Of a stretch of 64,000 bases of DNA, positions 50,069 to 59,569 are shown one piece after another. A program made the translations under genes and the position numbers. The DNA comes from an uncultured Candidatus Entotheonella sp. (lineage in GTDB: Bacteria; Tectomicrobia; Entotheonellia; Entotheonellales; Entotheonellaceae). The notes below the pieces were generated by a model. That model saw only the letters and a program-made list of their open reading frames with translations, did not search any database and was not told where the DNA came from. The stretch covers positions 1,856,001-1,920,000 of the forward strand of contig OZ244252.1 in NCBI GenBank assembly GCA_965217185.1, written 5' to 3'. The stretch's first letter is position 1; each line of letters begins with the position of its first letter.

Positions 50069-51159
50069 GCTCTCCTTATGAGGTTGTAGATCTGGTTCGA
50101 TTCACGGCTCCGAACGAGGGGTTTGCGCCGGCCCGAAATCCCTGTGTAGCTCAGGCCGATAGTCAAGGGCGCCGGCTGCAAATCCAGCAATTGGTTAACC
50201 CCCTCGTCGAACGTCGCCTCAGGAATTCGAAGCTGCTCACAGGACAAGTCACGTACATCGGGTAAATCATAGTACCCACCTCGGGGCGATAACACCGAAA
50301 ACGCTTTGTCAAGGGCATTCAAAAGTTCTTGCTGCGTGACCTTATCCTTCATGTCTGGTTCACAGATATGCAGGAGGAAGGAGGAGGCAGGGTCGGAGGA
50401 CGGCGTAATCTCCAAGGGTATGTACCAGTTGTGTGGCGGAGAACCAACCACACAGGGCGAATAACTCTTCAGGAAATCGCATTCTGCGATGGATTCCTTC
50501 ATGATGTTCAACAAACGCAAGCTAACCAACCGGTCGGCGATGGAGCGGAAAAGCGTCACTGTAATGGAAACACTTGGCAAGGCACTTTTCAACACTCTCT
50601 CGATTAGCGCAGCCTCTATCTTTTTGGCTCCTTTCCCGTGGAAGGTTTCCCAAACAGTCGTGGCCGTCTCATGTGCATCTTCTCCGAATGTTGGCTCAAG
50701 TAGTCTCTGGATGTATCTTTTTTGCCCGACTTTACTGGTTTCGACAATTGGACGCCGCAGGCATCCTATCTCTAGATGCCTTTGTACCACGACACGAAGA
50801 TTATCGTATGTTTGAAGATGTACACGGGCCATGACCTGACGCAACTCAGCGTATCCGCGTCCATTTAACAGACCGAGAACTTCCCTACCCGATTCAGTCA
50901 ACTTGTAAGCGCCCTGATCGGAAACCGCGAATCCAAAATGCGCTAACTCCTGACAGACCTTTTCGCCGACTGTCTCGAAAGTTCCCCTGGGTTCTGGGAG
51001 CATGAGACGTAGTGCCTTATCACTGACATATTTCAGTACCGCACGGGAGATGGCGCTCACTTGTTCTTTCCGACGCACAGTTGCAGGGAGTGCAGCTAAC
51101 ACCCTGAGCCCTATATAGTGATAGCCGACATCCGCTATGTTGTAGCTGGATATATTCAT
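50065..51159 (-). CDS. Hypothetical protein with probable winged-helix domains
   Basis: 364 aa; 4-bp overlaps with both neighbours; ELAHFGF...YKLTESG wHTH-like segment. Confidence 0.75.
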   Translation of the reverse strand: MNISSYNIADVGYHYIGLRVLAALPATVRRKEQVSAISRAVLKYVSDKALRLMLPEPRGTFETVGEKVCQELAHFGFAVSDQGAYKLTESGREVLGLLNGRGYAELRQVMARVHLQTYDNLRVVVQRHLEIGCLRRPIVETSKVGQKRYIQRLLEPTFGEDAHETATTVWETFHGKGAKKIEAALIERVLKSALPSVSITVTLFRSIADRLVSLRLLNIMKESIAECDFLKSYSPCVVGSPPHNWYIPLEITPSSDPASSFLLHICEPDMKDKVTQQELLNALDKAFSVLSPRGGYYDLPDVRDLSCEQLRIPEATFDEGVNQLLDLQPAPLTIGLSYTGISGRRKPLVRSRESNQIYNLIRRA

Positions 51160-51944
51160 TTTCTGGCCTTCGATACCGCTGTCCTGAATTCATCCAATAG
51201 CTCTGCACAATCCCCATTGGTCCGCCTGAGTTCCTGACTCAACGTTGGTGTCTGTAGGCCACCAACTGCCTTCAGCACGATGGTGTCCTCTGAACGGAAA
51301 CCACAACGGCTAGTAAGCCATGTTTCGCTTAGCGTGGAAGAGAGGTTATTCAATTGCGCGCAGAAATCTTGGAACCGCTCAATCACAGGAGGAGCCAGTG
51401 AAAGGCCTTTCTGAAGTTCAGAATTCATGATCCTGGCGTTCTGCACAAGAAGCGGCAGAGGGCGTAGGCCGGGCGCAATGGGGTGAATTCCCAACCCCAA
51501 ACAAGCAGCAAGTCCACTCTGCTCGAAAGGCGTATTGGACATAAACGCCGGGCACACTTCTCTCAGCAACAGAGTGGGATTGAGAGCCAGATAATCTAAA
51601 ATCTTAGCGAAGAAAATGATGGTATCGTTTTTCTCAGGCCGAAACCTTTGACGATTCTTTATCTCCAGTATCGCGGTCAAATCTGAAGTTTGCGCTACAA
51701 TATCAATCTCGTGAGATATACCAGATGCGGTGTCAAGGCCATCTCCAAGGTGCATTTCACGCTCAGGAGAGATTCTCCACCCCGGGAGATGAATCACACA
51801 ATTTTCGCGGAAACGCTGCTCAAATCCTTGGTCTGGCAAAGGTTCACGAGCAATATGTTGCCATTCTTGATTCACAAACTGGTAGCACCGTCTCAAAAAT
51901 TGAAGTGCCGATTGAGGCAAGCCATCATCTATTCGAATATTCAT
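51156..51944 (-). CDS. PD-(D/E)XK restriction-endonuclease-like protein
   Basis: FEQ...HEIDIVA...ILEIKNR motif. Confidence 0.75.
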   Translation of the reverse strand: MNIRIDDGLPQSALQFLRRCYQFVNQEWQHIAREPLPDQGFEQRFRENCVIHLPGWRISPEREMHLGDGLDTASGISHEIDIVAQTSDLTAILEIKNRQRFRPEKNDTIIFFAKILDYLALNPTLLLREVCPAFMSNTPFEQSGLAACLGLGIHPIAPGLRPLPLLVQNARIMNSELQKGLSLAPPVIERFQDFCAQLNNLSSTLSETWLTSRCGFRSEDTIVLKAVGGLQTPTLSQELRRTNGDCAELLDEFRTAVSKARK

Positions 51945-52110
51945 AAACCGCCTTGGAAGGCCAGGGCATGTCTGGACAAGTAAGCTTCTGCCGCATCTGG
52001 GTCTGTCAAGACCTTATGTCGGGCTTTGTCCCTCTATATTCGCCAGAACTGGAATTGTTTTTCCGCCCACAAGTCAACTGCAATCTCAAATCGGTGACTT
52101 CCATTCCGTA

Positions 52111-52359
52111 CTATGTTGGGCGCACGACGCCTACATCGGAGTTCCAGAGACACTGGACCAGCGTCGGTTTGGCAGACCCAAGATACGCTGCACGTTCTTC
52201 GCCACTCCCCGCCACCGTACCTTTGTGTAGCCGAAGTCGCTTTATTTCCAAAAACGGATGGCCCCCTTCGCAGAAGCCTGTTGCTTTTTCCCAAGACGTC
52301 ACCTCGCTCTCCCACCGGTCTGCGTAGAAAACGTACAGGAAGTTCTGCGCATCACGCAT
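52111..52359 (-). CDS. Small hypothetical protein
   Basis: ATG overlaps the end of the upstream small ORF; no recognisable motif. Confidence 0.3.
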   Translation of the reverse strand: MRDAQNFLYVFYADRWESEVTSWEKATGFCEGGHPFLEIKRLRLHKGTVAGSGEERAAYLGSAKPTLVQCLWNSDVGVVRPT

Positions 52360-52627
52360 CGATCTGATCCTCAGCCAGCACAGGGGTGTGCTGGCAGGCT
52401 TCCAACTGGGTGCAGGTATATTGCAGGGTTTCTTCGGCGTGTTCCAGGATATGGTCGGCGTACTCGCTGTTACCGTGATTGACGGCGAAGTCGGCAGCGG
52501 CGAACTGCGCTTCAGCGGCACAACTGGCATCAATGACAAAAGTTTCCCGGTGTTCGACGGATACTCGGAATCGCACGAAAATCACCTCATCTCTATACTC
52601 TACTCCGCGCGGACGGGTTGACTTCAC
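52352..52627 (-). CDS. Small acidic hypothetical protein
   Basis: Protein-like composition (RFRVSVEHRETFVIDA..AAEAQ); true start is probably a GTG near 52576 after GAGG. Confidence 0.45.
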   Translation of the reverse strand: MKSTRPRGVEYRDEVIFVRFRVSVEHRETFVIDASCAAEAQFAAADFAVNHGNSEYADHILEHAEETLQYTCTQLEACQHTPVLAEDQIDA

Positions 52628-52705
52628 CCACCCTCTGACGGCCCGCGCCAGCCTAGCACAGCGCTCTAACCCTGTCTACGCGCTCCCTGGCCATGTCCGC
52701 ACACC

Positions 52706-53983
52706 CTACCTCGCGGCCTTTTCGAAATCGATCTTCTCGTCGACCGGCAGCCCCTGCAACAACCGCCGCACGCTATCGAGCGCCATCTCAATCGCCCCCA
52801 GCCGCACCCAATCGCGTCCACCGGCCAGATAGCTACAGCGCCCCGCAGCGCCGTCTTCCGTGGAGATGGCGAGCGCAATGGTGCCGCCTTCTTCGCGGCC
52901 ATCGGCGTCGGCCTGCATGGCCACCAAGACCGATAACCCGTGCGAGGCACCGCTTTGCCGCCGGGCTGCCCCGGCCACGGATGCGGCCAGTTCCGCTGTC
53001 GGCGTGCCATCCGGCAGCGCCTCGGTCATCGACAATGCCGCGGCCAATTCCGCGCCGCTGCACGCCACCGTGCCACGGCGAAACACCGCTTCGGCGCCAG
53101 GCAACGCCGCCAAACGCGCTGCCACCTGCCCGCCGGTCAGCGTTTCGGCCACCGCAAAGGTCGCCTGCCGGTCAGTCAGTTGCGACAACACCACACCCTC
53201 CAACGTTTCGTCGTCTTCGGCCAGAATGAAGTTGCCGAGGCGTCGCCGAACCTCCTGCTCCACCGGCGCCAACTTCGCCGCCATGTCCGCCTGATCAAGC
53301 CCGCGCACCGTGAGCTTGGTCTCCAATTGCGGGTAATGGGCCCGAAAGCCGAGCTTCACGCTGCCCTCCGGCGCCAAGGCCGCCACACCGTCGAGCAAAG
53401 CATCGACGTGCGATTCCCCCAGCCCGAAGGAGTGAAACCGTTTCAGGTGAATCACCGCCTGGCTGCCGCTGCGCTGAAGGAGACGCGGAAGAATTTCGTG
53501 CTCCAGCATGGGCCGCAATTCGCGTGGCACACCGGGCGTGAAATAAAACCGCGCCTTTCCAATGGTGGCACCGAAGCCGCACGCCGTGCCCACTCGATTG
53601 TCAACGAGCTCGGCCCCAACGGGCAGCATGGCCTGCTTGACGTTGTTCGGCGACATCGTGCGTCCGCGCCGCGCGAACATTTCTTTCATGCGCGCCAACC
53701 AGCCCTCGTGCAGTTCCAGCTCCACCCCCGCCGCCTGCGCCGCCACCTCCTGCGACAGGTCGTCAACGGTCGGCCCCAGCCCCCCATTGACAATCACCGA
53801 ATCGGCCCTCTCACCTGCGGCCCGGAACGCCTGCAACAAATCCTCACGGTCGTCGCCAACGGTCGTCTCCCATTTGACGGACAAACCATGATCTTCGAGC
53901 TTCTGGGTGATGTACGTGAAGTTTGTGTTCACGATCTTACCCGTCAATACCTCGTCGCCTGTGCAGATAACCTCGATGCGCAT
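52706..53983 (-). CDS. cinA: CinA family protein (MocF domain + PncC-like domain)
   Basis: TGDEVLTGKIVNTN, VGDD, GGLGPTVDD, PGVPRE, AETLTGG. Confidence 0.9.
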   Translation of the reverse strand: MRIEVICTGDEVLTGKIVNTNFTYITQKLEDHGLSVKWETTVGDDREDLLQAFRAAGERADSVIVNGGLGPTVDDLSQEVAAQAAGVELELHEGWLARMKEMFARRGRTMSPNNVKQAMLPVGAELVDNRVGTACGFGATIGKARFYFTPGVPRELRPMLEHEILPRLLQRSGSQAVIHLKRFHSFGLGESHVDALLDGVAALAPEGSVKLGFRAHYPQLETKLTVRGLDQADMAAKLAPVEQEVRRRLGNFILAEDDETLEGVVLSQLTDRQATFAVAETLTGGQVAARLAALPGAEAVFRRGTVACSGAELAAALSMTEALPDGTPTAELAASVAGAARRQSGASHGLSVLVAMQADADGREEGGTIALAISTEDGAAGRCSYLAGGRDWVRLGAIEMALDSVRRLLQGLPVDEKIDFEKAAR

Positions 53984-54044
53984 GATGCTCCCTGTATGGT
54001 TCAAGTAAAGAGCGGCTTTGAGAAGCAGTCTGGAATAGGCCCCA

Positions 54045-55835
54045 TCACCTGTTTGGCGGTTCGAGACCGAAGAGACCGAAAATTTCCTCACTGCTTAATC
54101 TTGCAGATAAATTTATGGACACGTCGTCAATGAGTTGATCGAATAAGTCCTGTTTGCGTTTCAGAATCTCGTCGATCCTTTCCTCAATGGTGCTTGTGCA
54201 GGCATACTTGATCACGTTCACCTTGGCCGTCTGCCCGAAGCGATGGCTCCTGTCCTCAGCTTGATGCTCGACAGCGGGATTCCACCAGCGGTCCAGGTGG
54301 AACACGTACGACGCCGCCTGCAGGTTCAAGCCCACGCCGCCCGCCCGCAGGGAGAGCACCAAGGCTTTGTACTGGTCAGTCGTTGTGAAACGGTCAATGA
54401 TACTTGTCCGCTGGCTCTGGTCCATGTCGCCTGTGAGAGTTAACGGGTTGAACGCTTCCAGGTAGCTGGCCGCTGCCGCAACACCGAACGCTGCGCTGAT
54501 ATATTGCGAGAAGACCAGGGCCCGGTGCCCCTGCGCTACCAGTTGTCCCAATCGATCCCTGATATCTTTCAATTTGCTCGAATGGCCTGTTTCCGGGTCC
54601 GCGTTGCAGATTTGCTTCAGCCGCGTAATCAATTCAAGCACGTGTTGGACACGTGCTTCACGGCCAAGGGACTTCAGATAGACAATACCCTCACGCTCGG
54701 CCCTGTCATAACTTTCCTTCTGCCTGGTGTGCAAGGGAATGAGTACCTTCGTCACCTGCTTGGGCGGCAGGTCATCCAGGACATCACTCTTTTTTCGCCT
54801 GAGTTGCAATTGCCGATGACGATGCAACAATTCGACCCCGGGCCGATAATGCCTGGACGAGGTGAGACCAATATGGTCTACGAATTCGAGGATGGAAGCC
54901 AACTCCTCTTCATCGTTCTCAAGAGGCGTTCCGGTCAGCGCCCAGGAGCGTCGTCTTTGCAAACCCTTCAGGGCACCACTGGTTGCGTTCCGGTTCTTGA
55001 TTCGCTGTGCCTCGTCGGCTATCACCACATCCCAGATTTTTCTCCGCACCGGCGCTCGTTTATTGCCGCCATAATCCGACCTCAAGGTCTCATAACTCAC
55101 CAACGTCACGTGTACCTTTGCTTCCCATTGCCACGCACGATCGGCTATCGAACCGCGTACGATGATGGCTCGTAGCTCCGGCGCCCATTTTTCGAGCTCC
55201 CGGCGCCATTGGTCCAAAAGACCTGCCGGGCCTACCACCAATGCGGAATCGATCACACGTTGGGCACAGAGAATCCGCACCGCGGCGATGGCCTGAAGCG
55301 TCTTGCCAAGCCCCATGTCGTCAGCCAGCAACAGCCGCTCGCTGTTGATTAGAGCCCGCACCCCTTCCTTCTGGAACTGCATGAGGTCACCCGGCCACTT
55401 CAGGCCGGTATCCGGACCCCGCAGCAGGAATTCGAGGGGTAGGACAAGCACCCTTCGCAACCGCTCCGCTAATGAAGAGCGCGAACCCTCGCCGGAGTTG
55501 CGGGCGCGGTTGTTTGGGCGGGACGAGGAACCCGATGATGGACGCTCAGCCTGCGAAGTGCCGGTCCATGATAACTGTTCTCGCAAAGCCGACAGGGCTA
55601 CGACCCGGACCGGTTCAGGAACACTGGCAGCAGGTTGGGACAGCCAAGTCACCGGCGCCGGCGTATAGGACAGAGGCGGGATGGCCTCTACGGGTTCGGG
55701 TATCGAAGCGGACGGGGCAATGCGCGAAGGCGAAGGTGGCGGCGGCTCCGCCTCCGCTCCGGGCCGAAAAAGGCGTTGGAAAAGGGAGCGCCTTTTTTCC
55801 TGATGTGCCGGCTGCCACCACATAATAACGATCAC
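54045..55835 (-). CDS. SNF2-family DEAD/H helicase/translocase
   Basis: ADDMGLGKT, DEAQRIKN, TGTPLEN, GGVGLNL, WWNPAVEHQAEDRSHRFGQ. Confidence 0.93.
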   Translation of the reverse strand: MIVIMWWQPAHQEKRRSLFQRLFRPGAEAEPPPPSPSRIAPSASIPEPVEAIPPLSYTPAPVTWLSQPAASVPEPVRVVALSALREQLSWTGTSQAERPSSGSSSRPNNRARNSGEGSRSSLAERLRRVLVLPLEFLLRGPDTGLKWPGDLMQFQKEGVRALINSERLLLADDMGLGKTLQAIAAVRILCAQRVIDSALVVGPAGLLDQWRRELEKWAPELRAIIVRGSIADRAWQWEAKVHVTLVSYETLRSDYGGNKRAPVRRKIWDVVIADEAQRIKNRNATSGALKGLQRRRSWALTGTPLENDEEELASILEFVDHIGLTSSRHYRPGVELLHRHRQLQLRRKKSDVLDDLPPKQVTKVLIPLHTRQKESYDRAEREGIVYLKSLGREARVQHVLELITRLKQICNADPETGHSSKLKDIRDRLGQLVAQGHRALVFSQYISAAFGVAAAASYLEAFNPLTLTGDMDQSQRTSIIDRFTTTDQYKALVLSLRAGGVGLNLQAASYVFHLDRWWNPAVEHQAEDRSHRFGQTAKVNVIKYACTSTIEERIDEILKRKQDLFDQLIDDVSINLSARLSSEEIFGLFGLEPPNR

Positions 55836-56386
55836 CTGCCGTTGAAGGCTTCTTCCAGGCCGGCGGCGGCTCTCTCAAAAGGCTCAAGCGGGTCGTGCCG
55901 GTGCATGAAGCCATGCAGAAGTCGTATCGCCTCCGACTCGTCGCCGGGCTGTTCCGTCACCCATGTCAGGCGCACCTCCGCGGCCGATTGAGAAACTGTC
56001 GTAGCAGCTTGTACCGGTGCCGCGGAAGGGGCAATCAGACAGAGAGGCACCTGCACCTGAATATCGGTCAAGAACAGCTGAGATGGTATTTCATCGGCAA
56101 GACCAAGAATCAGCACGGGGACCCGGTCTACGGCCTGAAAGAGAACCTTGATGAGAGACGCTACGGCCTGCTGTCGAGCGTCGTCCCGGCGCCACAAAAA
56201 CGAGTGGCGGACATCAATACGGGTGAAACAGAAATCCAGTGGTTCACCCCGTCCGGAGGTCAGAAAAAGGGCGCCCCTGATGCCTTGTCCACCGGCTTCA
56301 TCCACGAACCGCAGAAAACCCACGGCTCCGGTGGGCTCACCCTCCCTAAGGTCCTCGAATGGAACTGGCAATTCGGTATTCCTCAA
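55832..56386 (-). CDS. Hypothetical protein
   Basis: 184 aa in operon; stop overlaps the SNF2 start; GEPLDFCFT and EPFERA segments. Confidence 0.7.
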   Translation of the reverse strand: MRNTELPVPFEDLREGEPTGAVGFLRFVDEAGGQGIRGALFLTSGRGEPLDFCFTRIDVRHSFLWRRDDARQQAVASLIKVLFQAVDRVPVLILGLADEIPSQLFLTDIQVQVPLCLIAPSAAPVQAATTVSQSAAEVRLTWVTEQPGDESEAIRLLHGFMHRHDPLEPFERAAAGLEEAFNGR

Positions 56387-56403
56387 GGGAAATTACGACG
56401 GGA

Positions 56404-57681
56404 TCATCTCGTGTCGTCCGCCTCGTCTTCGGCTTCCCGCGTCAGCTCGGGGTCCTCATGATAACCAGGTCGGTAATCGATCCCCTCTGTTTCAGGCCGG
56501 GAATTCGGATACAGGCGCATCAAGTCCCATTCATTGATTGCAGCTCGGACCTTATATCTCATCCTGCTGCGATGACCCGCCCCGCCCGCCACGCTCTCCG
56601 CTCGCGGTGCCTCCCAGGCGTAGGCAATGCTGTAGATGTGCCGCAGCTTTTCGACCGTCGCCGTCACATCTTCAGCGGTCGGCGGCTCCAACGGGATGGT
56701 CTCCCGTTCGAGTATGCGCATACCCGTTTCAGCCCTGGCTGCAACGCCGTCTTCCCCGCGAGAACGCAGCCAGTGACCAACGTAGTCGCGGTCTTGTTTG
56801 CCGCCTACGCCCAAAATAGCGGCCGCGAAGTCGTCCGTCACGGTGCCAACGACAACCAGCCCTGGGTAAACCTCGCCGGGAACCTTCCCCAGCCAGCGGG
56901 CCAACTCTGCGTAGGATCTGGCTCTTTGCAGCCGGCTGTAAAAACCGACCAATTCAATTTCGTCCAACAGGACGACCCAGCCCTGATAACCTGCCCCTCT
57001 GATCAGTTCCGTTGTGAACCGCAATCGTTGTGGCGACAACTCACTCGCTTTCGGCGCTTTGAAGGCATAGTTTTGTAATTGGCCTATCGCTCTGAGTCCG
57101 TTCTTGACCCTGGAAACCGTCATCCGCCCGCCTGACCAGAAGCCTCTGATATCGCTGATCAGTTCCGGGTCATTTGCCTTTTCATGGACGGCCAGCGTCG
57201 CCGGGAATATACGATGCAGCCCGTTTCGCTCGGAGTCGGCCCATTCGAAAAAACCCGAGTAGGACTCTGAATTTTCGTGCAGCCCGAGCCCGATTTCTTC
57301 CATCAACTGCCCGGAGCGGTCCGGCATGCGTCCTTGGTCTACTGCGGATTTGAAAACCTTACCCAGGTCATACAGGGGTGTTTCTTTGCTGACAGCCACC
57401 CGACTGCAGACAAACCCTTGCGATAACGCCTGATGTTCGAGATAGGAAAGCAGGTGGGATTTCCCCGAACCGAAACCGCCGGCGACCAGCATGCCCAGAG
57501 AGCTGGAAGGGGGATTCTGCTGATCCGCACTCTGCCGAAGGAGCGTGGTGAATTGATTTTCCGCCTGCGGCTGATGACACCCCAGTACCTTTACCGCTTC
57601 CTGGTTGGGCACCCCGCTCCGCAAGGCTTCCAACGCCCGCCGGTAGGTAAGGGCGAGTTTTCCATCCATGTCCGTCTCCAT
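56404..57681 (-). CDS. DUF2791/BrxD-like P-loop ATPase
   Basis: RRALEALRSGVP N-terminus, GGFGSGKSH Walker A, VVLLDEIE Walker B. Confidence 0.82.
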   Translation of the reverse strand: METDMDGKLALTYRRALEALRSGVPNQEAVKVLGCHQPQAENQFTTLLRQSADQQNPPSSSLGMLVAGGFGSGKSHLLSYLEHQALSQGFVCSRVAVSKETPLYDLGKVFKSAVDQGRMPDRSGQLMEEIGLGLHENSESYSGFFEWADSERNGLHRIFPATLAVHEKANDPELISDIRGFWSGGRMTVSRVKNGLRAIGQLQNYAFKAPKASELSPQRLRFTTELIRGAGYQGWVVLLDEIELVGFYSRLQRARSYAELARWLGKVPGEVYPGLVVVGTVTDDFAAAILGVGGKQDRDYVGHWLRSRGEDGVAARAETGMRILERETIPLEPPTAEDVTATVEKLRHIYSIAYAWEAPRAESVAGGAGHRSRMRYKVRAAINEWDLMRLYPNSRPETEGIDYRPGYHEDPELTREAEDEADDTR

Positions 57682-57694
57682 GGGTGGGCTCTCC

Positions 57695-58651
57695 TCAGGA
57701 TAATCGCACCAGGGAAGCCATGGGATTCACCTGGTTCTTATCGTGGACGTCATCCATGATTCGCGTCATGAGGGCTTGATAGATGTGATACCCCTTGGGA
57801 CCGGATTCATCAAGGAAGTCGTAATTGGTTACGACGACCATCAAAGCCCCCGTCAGTTGGTCCGTTGTATCAACGAATTCTCTCAAAACCTCGTAATGGT
57901 CCATTGCCATAGCCCGAGTGTAGTGCCTGAATCCGTCTCTTGGATTGCGGGCAAGGGTGACGCGGGAGTTGTCGAACAGGATGACGGTTCCGGCATAGCC
58001 CACGTACCGGAACCAATAGAGAGCCGATTCAATGAAATGCCTCGCCGTCGTCCGATTGATACCGGTATAAATCGAAAAAGACTTCACGTGACTCACTCTC
58101 GTGACCATGCCGGTCAGCCAATCGATTAACGGCTGGCCAACATAGGAATCATAGCCGCGCATATTCTCACATTGGCAGAAATGGGACATCGCAAGCCTGA
58201 AGTCTTTCGCCATGTGACGATTTTTGGCGACTTCGCTGTCGATAAACGGCCGCAACTCCCTGTAAATCGATTCGGACTCAAGCGCGTTTGCCTCCCCGAC
58301 GGCTGCGAAGGGATTGCGGTTCTGATGGGGATCAATGTGATCGACCCGGTAGCCCCTCTCTTTAGCCAGCTTCAGAATTAGGCGGCGAGCCGACAAACGC
58401 CAATCCACCTGGTTCGCCATCCCGAAGAAGATGTCCTGCGGCATGTGAACCCGGCTCGCCACCGCATCGAGTTTGACCACCACGTAACCCGATGCCCGGC
58501 ATTGGCTTTCCAGGGCTTCATACAGTGCCGGCTTCAGGCCCTCCCGCGTCACGGCAAACTTGATGGACGCGCCGCCGTCTCTGATAAAAGACGACAGGTA
58601 TTCGGAATCCATAAACCGCAGCCACTCGTGCAGCGGCATGGTGTTTGCCAT
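57695..58651 (-). CDS. DUF2791/BrxD-like paralogue with degenerate Walker motifs
   Basis: YLSSFIRDGGASIKFAV (no GxxGxGK), GYAGTVILFDN, YEVLREFVD, YQALMTRI. Confidence 0.72.
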   Translation of the reverse strand: MANTMPLHEWLRFMDSEYLSSFIRDGGASIKFAVTREGLKPALYEALESQCRASGYVVVKLDAVASRVHMPQDIFFGMANQVDWRLSARRLILKLAKERGYRVDHIDPHQNRNPFAAVGEANALESESIYRELRPFIDSEVAKNRHMAKDFRLAMSHFCQCENMRGYDSYVGQPLIDWLTGMVTRVSHVKSFSIYTGINRTTARHFIESALYWFRYVGYAGTVILFDNSRVTLARNPRDGFRHYTRAMAMDHYEVLREFVDTTDQLTGALMVVVTNYDFLDESGPKGYHIYQALMTRIMDDVHDKNQVNPMASLVRLS

Positions 58652-59436
58652 TATTCGCCCCCGAAAAACTGAATACCGTAATACGTAATGACTTGTCCAT
58701 CGGGACCTACAAAGGGGAAGATGCCCCTCGCGCTCCGGGTCCCCGTGGAAGACGGAAACGAAACTCGTGCCCCTGATTTGGTATGGCTCGGCCCGTTGCT
58801 TTCCAGGAAATACAGGCTCCTGGCAAACTCCGTCTTGTCGTACTCACGGCTACTCCCCGGCAGGCAGGTAAAAATCTCGTAGATTCTGGCCAGCGGCATC
58901 ACAGGCTCTTTGAGCAAATCGGCGGATTCCGCAAACTGCCTGTAGACCTTGTAAAGAGATTCCAGAAACGCCTCTGACCTGAAGCGAGGCTGTTTCTTCT
59001 GGTTGTTCACCAAAATCTCGGCGAGGTAGGACGGTCTTAACGTCGAAACCTTCTTCTTGTCGATGCCGATAGCGTGGTCGCCGGGGAAAATGCGAACGAT
59101 AGACGGATAGGAGATCAATCTGCCATCCCGTTCATAGACGGCCAGACCGTTTTTCTCCGCAATGCTCTGTAGTTCGACCGCGTAATGCTCCCTGAGATAT
59201 TCCGCCTCCCCGCCGTCCTCGAAAGGCCAAGTTGCAACGGCGTTTGCCACCTCCTGACGGAGTGCATCCAAGGCGTCATCCAACCTGGAAGCAGCCCTTT
59301 TGATGGCGGCGACGTTCCCCTCTTTGGCCGCCTTTTGCAGCGATCTGGCCAGCTTTGCAAGCTCCGTCGCAGATTTCAGGGTCGAAGCGGCAGCCGCCTC
59401 CGTATCATGGCAGGCCTGCTCAAAGCTCGTCGTCAT
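58651..59436 (-). CDS. Hypothetical protein (N-terminal coiled coil)
   Basis: First gene of the operon; GAGGGG RBS; stop overlaps the next ATG. Confidence 0.75.
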   Translation of the reverse strand: MTTSFEQACHDTEAAAASTLKSATELAKLARSLQKAAKEGNVAAIKRAASRLDDALDALRQEVANAVATWPFEDGGEAEYLREHYAVELQSIAEKNGLAVYERDGRLISYPSIVRIFPGDHAIGIDKKKVSTLRPSYLAEILVNNQKKQPRFRSEAFLESLYKVYRQFAESADLLKEPVMPLARIYEIFTCLPGSSREYDKTEFARSLYFLESNGPSHTKSGARVSFPSSTGTRSARGIFPFVGPDGQVITYYGIQFFGGE

Positions 59437-59569
59437 GCTCCCCTCGCTTTCGTTCATGATGCCAAGTCCGGCCCCACTGGGCGTTACGGGCAAGGTTCTT
59501 CCGTTGACAGTCTGGTTCGCGGTATCAAGCCGCGGCCTCGTGCGGCTTCTGCCCAGCCGTTCACCGCCG

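Noticed and set aside
54045..59436. Canonical BREX or Shango call
   Set aside because: No PglX, PglZ, BrxC, TerB-like or Lhr genes in the window.
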